Below, piece by piece: positions 1 through 12,000 of a stretch of DNA of 64,000 bases; positions within the stretch are counted from its first letter, which is position 1; every line of letters starts with the position of its first letter. The notes below the pieces were generated by a model. It was not told where the DNA came from. It did not search any database and saw nothing but the letters and a program-made list of their open reading frames with translations. Made by a program: the position numbers and the translations under genes. The stretch comes from a virus (taxonomy: Duplodnaviria > Caudoviricetes), in IMG/VR virus record IMGVR_UViG_3300021400_000136, positions 16,152 through 80,151 of that record. One strand, given 5' to 3'.

Positions 1-2
1 GT

Positions 3-3000
3 GAAGAGAGCTATGATAAGCGCCAGTTTAAAGCGCCTCCGATACCTATCTTCAGCACTGAAGCAACCAGAGAGGAGCAGAGACTGGCTGACCTGCAGAT
101 CATGCGACAGGCCATCCAAGGGGCTCGTGATGCGGCTCAGTACAAGAACGATGAGATTATGTTTGGCCGTAAGTATATCGGGCAGGATAATACTATCGCA
201 GCTTGGGATGCAGCGGAAGCAGCACTCGAAGCTAATGCCCCGACAGCAGATTCTACTCCGGAAGAGAAGGCTGCATACAACCATGAGCGCCGGTATATTC
301 AGGAGAGAATTGATGCCTGCGAGTATAAGGCTTTCGTTGACGAGTATGCCGATGTAAGTGATTCAGATATTCGTCAAGAGCTTTTTGAAATGCGGTTTGG
401 TAATGGCGAAACTACGACAGAAGATAGCGCGGATACTAATGACACAGCGCATAATTTGTTGACGGCAAAATCTGCTTACGATGCAGCAGAAGAGGCCTTT
501 AATGAAATCGCCGAAACTGCCCGTCCTACATCGGCTGAGTACCTTGATGCATACCAGGCAATGAAAGAAGCGGAAGCTGCATACGCCGAAGCACTTCAGC
601 TCGCGAAGGATGAGTCAAAACTCGATGTCGGTGAGATCTTCGACTTTTCAGCCTTTGCAGATATCTTATCTGGGGCGCCAGAAGAAAATGAACTCAGCGC
701 CGAAGAGCAGAAAAGAGCTGAGTATCTCCAAAGATTGCTTCAGGATCGAGAGATATCGGCTATACAAGAAGAAATTAAGAGCTACGAAAAGGACTACCCA
801 GATGGGACTGCTATGCGGCATTGGGCAGAAGATATCGAGCTCGACGTAGAAAAGAAAGAAGCAGCACTTCTGGACGCGCAGACAGAAGCAGGTAAGCTGG
901 ATGCAGAGGCTTATCAATATGCTACTGTAGACGCGCATAGTACAGAAAATCATACGCCGGAAGAGGCGGCACAGAAGGCCCAAGAAGCAAAAGACGCGCA
1001 CAATAGAGCACTGATCGCGGAGCAGGAGCTTGCTGAGGCGAAAGGAAAACTCGCTCTTGTGCAGGCGCTGAACCAGACCAGTATCCGATCCGAAGCAGAC
1101 TATGCCGAGCAGGTTGCCAAAGGTAAAGAAATGGCTGGAGATATAGCCCAGTATAAAGAGGCTATCGATACGGCGATGGATGTTGGGCTCGATAGGAAGC
1201 CTGCGGTTGATGCTCTCGTCACTCAGTTCGGCCTTACCCAAGAGGACGCCGAGAAGTACGTGGATATGTACTTCACACTGGACGAAAAGGAGAGGGCAGT
1301 ACTTTTCCCAAATGTAGATGGAGTTGAGGAAGAGGAACAAGGCTGGCTCGGAAAATGGTGGGACAAAGTTACAAGGTCTCCGTACCTTGGTGAAAAAGAA
1401 GTAGGCAAATTTACTGACGAAGAACTGAATGACTTTTACTACCATCTTGCTAAGGAAGGTGCATCAGCTGCAGCTCAATATGCGATGGGTGTAAATAATG
1501 CCTATCGTAACGAGTACAACGATCTGGCGAAAGAGCGTTTCATGCAGTTGCAGAACTACAGGGCAGGTCATAATGGCAAGTTCCAGACTGCTGTAGAAGC
1601 GGCGATGATGCCTGTAGGTAACTTTGCGCTGAATCTCACAGCCCTTCCGGAAGCTATCAGTAATTTTATCCAGGCAGAAAAACTTGGAATGTCTGTAGCT
1701 CCTACCGATCCGACAAACAGCCAGTTGGCTGAATGGGCGCAGGAAAGTTCCAGTAGACAAGTTACGGCTATGCTGCCGAACTTCAAACCGGCAGAGTTCC
1801 TTTATAATACTTATAACAGTATCGTTAACAGTGCTCTGTCACTGGCAACATTCTCAGCTCTTGGTAGCGCACTTGGCTTAACAGATGATATCGTTATCGG
1901 TGGTAAAGGTGCTTTACAGGCATTCGTATCAGCAGCTACAGATCTTGAATTCTTCGGTTCAGCAGCAGCCAGTAGGTACAGAGAGTTGCTTGAGCAGGGA
2001 GTCGATCCGCAGAAAGCAGGATGGGCGTCAGTGTACTCCGGTCTTGCCGAGGCTATGTTCGAGCACTTCTCCATTGAGAACTTGTACCACGCAAAAGGTG
2101 TTGCTGATTGGCATAATGCACTGGATTGGGCGTGGCACACAGCGTGTTCTGCCGGTGTCGAAGGCTCTGAAGAATTGTTCACCAACTGGGCTAACCGACT
2201 TGGTGATGCCTTATACTTAAAAGAAGATAATCCTTTCAACGATAGTGTTGATGCCTATATAGCGCAGGGTTTTGAAGAAGATCAGGCTCTGCGTTTTGCT
2301 ATGCACGATCTGCTGAAAGAGGATGCTCTGTCCTTCCTTGGTGGTGCTATCTCCGGTGGTGTTAATGCCGGTAGTTCCAGCATGATGGAGTGGCAGATAG
2401 ACAAAAATAAACTTGCAGATTTCCGCGCATCCCAAGGTAAGAACTTCAACATTGATCTTCCAAACGGAAAGAAAGCCTCACAGGAACTGGGTACTTATCT
2501 GTGGAATCATGAGTTCATCAGACCCGGTGACGAACATCTCTTCAACGAGGGACAGCGCAATACTGTTGAAGAAATAAAAGATCTGGCGTGGAAAGCTAGT
2601 GAGGGTAAAGCTTCTGACGAAGAGATTGGCCGTTTGCAGTATCTCACGGCACAATTCGACAGTAAAGTACTTGATGATTTTGCTCTCGCTAACAAAGATT
2701 GGTATGGCCGTGTAGAACCGATGCGTCTGGTACAGGTATCCCAGGAAGCACTTAATAAGCTCCTTGGTCCTGAGAACGCGCAGAAATATCTTGAGGCAGT
2801 AAGAGCTAATCCGCATGCAAAAGTGGAGAACGACTTCTCCTTAGGACTTCAGCAGGCCGTTCCAAATATGGGCAGTAATGAAGCATCGGAAGTTGCTGGA
2901 TTCCTCGAAAGAATATTCACAGGCTCTGACAGAACAACACCTGAAGATATAGCAAAGGTATTAGACTCCGAATTGCTCAGTTCTCCAGAGGCTCAGATGT

Positions 3001-6000
3001 ATCTTTGGAATTATCTGAAGGATAAGGTACCGACAGATACTCCCGCTATTGAAGTGGCTGCCCCGGCAGAACCGAGTGGGCTGACTCCTTCTGCTGAATG
3101 GGCTGGCCAGAATGTAAAGAGAGAACCTTCTCCGATTAAACCTGCCAGCCAGATGGAAACTGACTCTGGAACAGAGGCCGCAGATAGAGAGCCTACTCCT
3201 ATTCCCTCTGCGGAACAGGCAGCGGAGAATGAGAAGAGTAGAGAAGAAGCTGAAGCCAAAGCACGGGAAGAAATACAGAATCCGTTTATTCCAATCATGC
3301 AGTCGATTGGCATGGATCCGAATATTACATCGGAGAATGTAGGCGAAGCCTTGAAGAACCTGCTCACAACAACCTGGGAGAGAGCAAAGGAAGCGGCATA
3401 TCAGAATCAGATACTGAAGAACGGCTTATCTGATACTAATCGTAAGTTGAACGATATGCAGCATGAAGCAGCTGAACAGCAGACGAGAGACAGGCTTAAC
3501 CGCGCCCCGAAAGGTATAAAGACCGATGCGTTGGCCCAGTACAGAGATGACTCCGACTCCATTACTTTTGGTAATAATACCACTACCCGTAAGGAGTTCG
3601 TTGAAGCCTATATGAAGGGCTATGACCCGTTCAACGATAAGGAGATAAAGGGGCCGAAAGACGAGAAGGCAGCAAACCGTGCCTTTGACCGTATCCTATT
3701 GAACAGCACCACAAAGGATGGACTTCCTCTTGAAGGTGTTAAAGCCTCCATGAAGAACTACGATCTTTCTTTGCGGAAGGCTATTGTTTCTGATACCAAA
3801 AAAGGAACTGGAGAGCCTAAAGACCTGGAACGCAATGGCGAACCAAAAGCGCAAGAGCCAGCATCCGGTAAGCTTAATGTTCAGACTCCAACAGATAATA
3901 GTGCTGATATGAAGGAAGGCACGGCCACCGGTACGGAAGTTACCAGAAATGGTGAGCCTGACCAGACAGAGCCTACTGATAGTAAGCTTAATGTTCAGAA
4001 TCCAACAGATGATAGTGCTGACATGAAGGACGGCACAGGTACTGGTACAGAAGTTACCAGAAAGGGTGAGCCCGAGCAGACAGAACCTACTGGCGGCAAG
4101 CTTAATGTCCAGACTCCGGCAGATACTAGCAGTGATACCACAACGGGCCAGACTTCTGTCGATGGCAGTGAGTTGTCCAGAACTGAAAAGCCTGCTGAAG
4201 AAACTCCGGTAGAAGATCAGACCACTGAAGAGGTAGCTCCAGATAAAGCGCAGCAGTTCCTTGACTATCTCCAAGTCATGATGCAGCAGACTGGCGAGAT
4301 GACCGATGAGGAATTCAATGCCCTGTTTGGTGGTGCTACTGACACAATACTCGACGCATTGGTTGGAAGAGAACCTGCTAATGATTTCGAGCGTAGAGTT
4401 ATTGATGCTGCTACGCGGGAGATGGACAGGCGCACATCCGAAGACCAGACTATGGCTCAACAGGACGAAGCTCCGGCATCAGCAGAAACTTCGGATTTCA
4501 AAACAGATGATAACCTCTTCGCAACTAATGGAAAAGAGGATAAGAGCTGGCGCAGCTGGGATGACACAATAAATAACCCCGACAGCAACGATGACGAGAT
4601 TATAACCAGAGCAGAGTTTGTTGAACGCGCTATGAATGGCGTTGGCAAGATTAAGCCGATGACTTTCGCCGAGGCAAATGACTTGTTCGATGACTTGGCT
4701 TATATCGACGAACATGATAGCGATACCAACACGGACTACGGTAAAAAAGGTAGCAACCCAATGTACTCTGCAGGTGGCGCATCCACTGGAGCATCTGTAG
4801 CTACTGGTAGTGAACTCAATATGAAGCCGGTTACGTACTCTGCTTCGGATGTTCCCGGCCTTGTCGAGCTTGGCAGGACGAGCTATTCCCCCTCTAACCG
4901 TACTATTAGTTCCTCTGACCGTAGCTGGGGTGATGCAATCAGCAATGAGTACGGCAAGACCATTACTCGTGCAGAGTTCGTTGCAGCTGCTATGTCTGGA
5001 CAGAATCTGTACTCCGGTACCAGGATGCCTACAATTTCCGGTGTTGCAGCTAACGATCTGTTCGATGATATTGTCGATAATAAGATTGCTTATGGCGGAT
5101 ATGCCGACAGAACCAATAACGGTTACAGTATAACAGACGCTACAGTTACAGCGGATATGCTGAACGCTCCTGGTTTTGTCGGAGCTATGGCTAACACACT
5201 GGCTATCCTCGAAGCGGAAATGAGGTCGGCATCTGATACGAGCAATCAAAAACTCGCTCCGTTCATGAAGCGAGTAGATTTAGCACGTAAGCAACTTGAG
5301 GGCCTGCTTGGACGGAGTGTATCCGACGCGGCAACCGAAGTTACTGACGTACGAAATCAGATCAACACAAGACTTGCGGAGATTAATAACAGGCTTGAAG
5401 TACTGATGAGCCGGTCGGATCAGAACAAGATCGGCTATCTGGTAGACCTTAAAGAAATGTCCCAGCTCAGAGCAGAGCGTCAGAAGCTAATGACTCAGAC
5501 GTTCAGACTTGGGCAGGCAGAAGCAAAGTACACGAAAGCTCTTGACCGTTTGAACTCGGCAAGAAACAGAATGTACTCTAATGATTATTATTCTTATATT
5601 GGAGGAAAATTATATGGCGGACCAGCGGGTACTCGTGGACTCACCGGCAGGAACAACGATGTGGCTCAGTCCAGAAGCGGCGGATCGGTTACAGGATCTG
5701 CCGGAGGATCAGCTCAGTCGGTACAAGGAAATGCAGGAACAGTCTCAGAGCAGACTTTTAAAACTGTTGAAGAAATACTATCCGCAGGAGGGCTGACACT
5801 CCGAGGCAAAGTACTATTCGATTCTGCCGGGATGTCCCCGCAGGAGATAGCAAATGCCAAGATCCCGTTGTCCCTTCGTAACAGCATACTCCACGCTATG
5901 CGTAATGGTGTTGGCCGTGTTGTACTTACTGACGGTGATCTGCTGAATGGTAAATCCTATATTAATGAAAAGGGTAAAGAAGTTGAGCAGACAGTCGGTG

Positions 6001-9000
6001 GATTCTATGACACTCTCATGGACGGTGGTACGGAAAGATCTGTTATTGTTCTGCACAAAGACAGCTTCACCGAAAAGAACATCCAACACGAATACATGCA
6101 CCATATGCTCCGAAAGATGTCTGAGCGTCAGAAGCGCGGATTTCTTACCAGCGCTATCCGGACAATGTTTGGATCACGCCAGGATCTCTTCGAAGAACTG
6201 TTTGACTCCTACAAGATCGACTATGCAATTGCTCATGGCAGAGTGATCGATGAGAACGGCAGAGTGGATGAAGATCTCGCATATATTATATATGAAGAGA
6301 TGGTCGCCGACTTCTATGCAGGACTCAATCGATTCAAGACCCCCGAGATGGCAGAAGCGATGGGGCCGCTCGTCAGGGAGATGCGTGTAAGCCTGTACAA
6401 TTACTGTGAGAGACTTGGACTTGAGGACTACGCCAGATCAAAATGGATTAACAGAGAGTATACTCCTAAAGAAGGAACTCTGGACATCCGGAGAACCGGT
6501 AGAGCCACTGCGCCGTATGAGCAGCAGTTCAAAGAAAGAACTGAATCAGACAACGAACTGGCAAAGGGCGAACACCGATTCAATCCAGAGCGAAATGCTT
6601 ATGAGGCGCGATTTAGTTTGGCCAATACTATGGGTGGAATCTACGACACATATGGTGTGGACATTAATACTGCCGAGGATAGCAGACTTGACGAACTGGC
6701 GAGGCAAATCGACGAGGAGTACGAGGCAGCGCAAAAAGAGCAGGCTGACATTCGAAGCACATGGACGGATAAGGACTACGCAGATCTCACTCCCGATGAA
6801 TATTGGGCCCGATATCATGAGTGGAATGAGCAGTCTGGCATTGACGCCGTAAAACGTCGCGTCGATACACTTGGGTCGTACAGTCGTGCAATCAGCAAAG
6901 AGAAAGCTTGGAGAGCGATAGACCCAGAGGCCCTTATTCAAAAGGCAAAAGATATCTACGGAACCACTGATGACTTCCGGAAATCTGGGTACATCCTGCC
7001 GGATGGAACGATGTTGGATATGTCCCAGGGTGCCAACAAGCGGACTCTGTTCCACCATGAGACCGCTCAAGAAGTTCTGTTCGCCTTGAAGTATCCGGCT
7101 TCAGACGCAATTGAAAAATTCGTAGGTCGTGGCGGGGCCATCAGAATCGATGTAGACTCCGATGGTATTGATATCCCGCAAAGTGGCATGACCCCGGCTC
7201 AGTACGAAACCCTGCGCGACTTTCTTTCTGACTTCATAGCTACTGAAGACTACGATAGAGCAGCATTCTATGTATCTACTTTTGGTAAGAACCTGGGAAC
7301 GTCGGAGAGATTTAATCCTTCCAATACCACACAGATCTTAAACGCAATTCGCCAGTACTACGATACAGGTTCCTTCCCGAAACAGTCAACCACACAGCAG
7401 TTCTACGGTAGATATAGCCTGGCCAACACAGAAGCTGTATCTCTTGACGAACTTCAGACAGCTCGTGATGAGATGCTTGATCTGCGTCAGCAGCTCAGAG
7501 ATCGTAAGGCTGATGTCGATGAGTGGAGCCGTAGAATTATGGCTGGTGAAGCTGAGATCGACGACTACAATAAGTGGCTGTCCGATAGCGGTTACAACAG
7601 ACTCTACATGCAGGAACGTGAGGCAAGCAAACGGTATAACGACCTCAACCGCGCTTATGACGAGCAGCAGGAGAGCGCGAATGCCGAAGCCGAGCAGAAC
7701 GCAATAGAACAGTCCGGCTTATCCGAAGCAGATTACTTTGGCAAAGAAGCCGTAAAGGTATTTGGTTATACACCGTACTTCTATGACGCTGGGTACATTA
7801 CTCCGAACGGACGGATGCTGAACTTCTCCGGTGAGAAAGGTAAGCACTATGGCTCTCGAGGCCAGGATCACCGGAGCATAGGCCAGATCTTTGCGGTAAC
7901 TTCCGGCACAGAAGCCATGAACAGGTTTATCAGCTATGGTAATATCCGCATTATGGCAGAGGCTCCAGGCCTGGATATCAGCGCGAATATCGAACCGACA
8001 GCAGAGCAGTACTCTAGGATCCGTGACTTCGCAAGGAGCGCACGGGATGAGGACTACTTCAGTATCGATATCACGGGCGAAGATGGTAGGGTCATTGATA
8101 CAATCGAGTACGAAAGCGTCAACCCAGCGAAGATAGTAAACGATCTGAAGAACTACTACCGTACTGGTGAAGTACCGCAGCAGTCTGTTACTGCGCAGTT
8201 CCATGCTAGCTTTAGCCTTGTTGGCGTTTCAGATGATGGTATGGAGGTATACGAAACCTCTCAAGCCGTAAAAGATATGACCAGGGAAGAACGTATGGAC
8301 GCTTTCGAAGCACGAATGGCTAACGAGTTCAGAGGCCGTACCGCTAGATTCGAAAGAAACGGTCATATCTACTATGCTAAGTTCGATAGTACTGGCGTTT
8401 CTAAAAATATCTATGGGGACGACAAGTCTGATCAGTCCGGATGGAGAGCCAAGATAAGAGCCGGAGCAGATGGCGATATCTTTGATCTGATAGAGAATTC
8501 TACTTATAATGGCAGCAGCGCAGAAAAGAGTGGAAAAAAAGGTAAGGCCCATAACAAGACCCAACGCTGGGACTACTTCATAAAGAAGGTCCAGATCGAT
8601 GGTATTGTGTATGACCTCACTGCAAATGTAAGACGTAAAAACGATGACTTCGTTTATAATATCCAGCTTAACCGGGATATTAATACAAAACCGGCGACGT
8701 CTTACAGCCCACTCCCGAAGGCGGGTTTTAACCAAGACATCGCCGGTACAGATAATGTATCACAAAACGGCTCAACTGTCAAGTACAGTAAGCAGGAACA
8801 TCCGAATGCTAGGTACAGCCTGTGCGCATTTGAAGACGGCACAAAGTTCGTAAACGTCGAAACAGATCAAGAACAGTTTGATGGACTAACGGATAAAGAA
8901 AAGCGCGACTTAGCAGAAAAAATAATAAAAGAGCGGTTCTCCGGGAGAATAATCGGTGAGACGAACAAAGCCTTCGTCAATAGCCAGACTGCAAGAGAGT

Positions 9001-12000
9001 ATGCTTATCCGTCAAAACGCCTTACAGATAGTGGGGTACTTGACGCTAAGATGAGGGCGTCAACCGAACTAGATAATCTACTGGAGGCCGGTAGTAATTT
9101 TAGGACGGCACCTGATGGGGCTGACGGGCATACACACCCAGACGCCGTAGGAGGATTCACTTATTTTGACACGCTGTTTAAAGTAGGTGAGGAATTCTAT
9201 AAAGGTCTTGTCAATATTAAGAATAATGCCAAGGGCGCTCTTCTAGTAGATATTACAAAAATAGAAAACGTCACTAAGGACACATACAACTCATACGGAA
9301 AAAATCCGAAGTTCGTATTCCTTAATGACGTTTCTAATGATATTAAATCACAGAATAACCCGAATGTCAAGAACCAAAATGAATCTGAGCCGAGCTACTC
9401 CATCGCTGTCTCCGATCCCGATACGTTGGACTTCCTTAACGACCAACTCGAGAACGGGGATGTAGTTTACACCTACAAATCCTTCCTTGAGTACGAAGAC
9501 GAGAATGGAGATCCGTATCTAATTGCTCCTATGGCTGGTGTGCAGAAAGACGAGACGGGCAAGAAGAGCCAGTCGCATGCCCTTCGTCCAGGTGTGTGGG
9601 AAGAGTCTGTTGGTAATCCCAACTCTAAGAGCCTCGGTAAGAAAGTCAATGACAAGACCGGTGAAGTATCCTGGACTTATGGACTTGAGAAGAGTGACGT
9701 AGATGGTTCTGTTGTACCGGCTGCATATAACCCGTATCAGCACTCCAGTGATGTAGTTCTCAATGACCAGTTCTCCATTGCGTACAAACGTCCAAACCTG
9801 GTAACGTATATGTGCGCTATTCCTAAGAGTGAACTGACCAGTGGCTATCACTTTGGTGTAACCGATCCTGAGAAGGCAACTCGTTCTGACGGCGATATTG
9901 TTACCGCAAAAGACGCGGTTGGTATGCACGACTGGAAGAGCGGTTCCCTAGCAAGCCAGTTAGAAAACACACAAAGACATGTGTATCTTTCTCGGTGGCT
10001 CATGCCGGTACGTAAGCTGTCCAACATAGAAGTTGCTCAGCAGTACAAGGAGATCCTCGATAGGGAAGCACCCGGTCTTGGTGTGCCATTCAATGTTGTA
10101 CCTTCCGGTTTGCTCTCAGCTCTTCAGGAAGTTGGCGTTCCAATTGACCTTACTGGTACAGGACTATCTGAAGCCAACTACAGAAAATATCTTTCTGAAG
10201 TAAACGCTGCTCGTGAAGAGGCAGGTCTTGAACCGTTCCCGTACTCTTATCAGACTAAAGCCGAAAGAGATGCCGCAAAGAAAGAACGGAAGAACGCTTC
10301 CAAACGGTTCTCGATCTCTGGAGACAACCTTGATAATCTTGACGATCTTCTGATGGATTATGATCTTTCGGATCTCGGAAGAATAGTTTCTGACACATTT
10401 GGTTCTACCTTTGAAACAGAAGAGGACGAAATGCCTCCTGAACTTCCGTACGAACAACAGCGTCCTAGAAGATCTGTAGAGAACCCGACTCACAATCCAA
10501 CTGCTTATCTGAAACCAGAAACACTAAATGCATGGCTGTCCGGAAGGGGCTTTGCCGATACAGGTAACCCGAACTATGCGCAGGCTTACATCGGATGGAT
10601 GAATCCAGAGGACTTCCTATACTTGACAACCTCTACCTATGATTACGAGGACAATAGAGTAAGGGCGGAAGGATACTACGGTGATCTGGAAGATATCTCT
10701 AGCAGGGCGCAACGTGGAAGAGAAGCCGATACAATTCATCTTTCAATTGATTCTGAAACAGGAAGAGTATACGGGCATGAAGGGCGCCATCGTATGGCCT
10801 ACCTGCAAAGCCTTGGTGTGGAGAGAGTCCCTGTTCTTTTCTTTGACAGCGGAAATAAGTATGATAAGGAAATAATGGAGGACTATACTCTATCTGGAGA
10901 GCAGAGGCCAGGGAAGAAAGTTACTCTCGATAATCCTCTGATCCCTCTCAGCAATGGGTACAGAGGGCTTGTCGAGAACGAGTTCGTTAAAGGCGAAGAG
11001 CAAGACAACGATCTTCAGACAGCGCGATTTTCCATCACGGACGATTCGAATGCCGATGGCTATACTCTGTCAGATATTGATTCCACAGGAAGAGAATTGA
11101 CGGACGAGCAGTATTACTACTTCCGCAATTCGAAAGTAGTGGACGAAGATGGGCATTTAATTCCGCTTTACCATGGAACGAATGCATTCGGCTTTACCGA
11201 GATAGACTTCGATAAAGCAGACGATGGAATATCCTTCTTCCTCACGGATAGTCCAGAAGTGGCCGGGTCCTATACAAGGAACAATACTGTCCGATCCTTA
11301 TTTGATAAGCAAAGACAGCGGCGGGCGATTGATGTATCAAAGCTTTCGGATGAAGATCTAGCTTCGCTGTTTTCCCAAGTTAGTATACCGTACTTCGAAT
11401 CAGCTACCGTATCGAAATTTGAGGATGTACTCAGAACCTTCACAGGCCCATTGAACGCCGCAAAAATGCGATACGCCAGTTTCTTTGAAGAAGAACTGTT
11501 ACCGTCCAGAGAAGATCTTGGCCTTACTGAAACGGACTTAGCCTTCTACGACGCGCTGAAAGGCAACAGCACTAGTGTCGAAAGCATCATAGATTTGCTT
11601 GATAGAGCAGATAAATTCTATTATAGCCTTCGCAAAAAGATATGGGATACCGACGAAAGCTATATTTGGGACGAAATGCGATCGCTGCAACCGCAATTAC
11701 AAACCGCAGCTTCTCAGGCACAAAGATTTCTGGCTGACCATAATTCTGCTGGAGTATCTTTGGAGGATAATGTTTTTATTACGGATCCAGGTAGCAAGAA
11801 TTTCTACACGAGAGAGCAAATCGAGAGACTTACTGGCAGAAGACAAGAGGAAGAAGAGCTCGGAAGGAACTCTGCCGGTATTTACAAGGGGTACGCAAAT
11901 CTAACAAATCCATTTATTGTTGATGCAAATGGAGCTGAATGGAATCAGATTCCGGTCGATCAAGAAGTAGTAGACTATCTAAAAGCACTTAATTCGCCAG

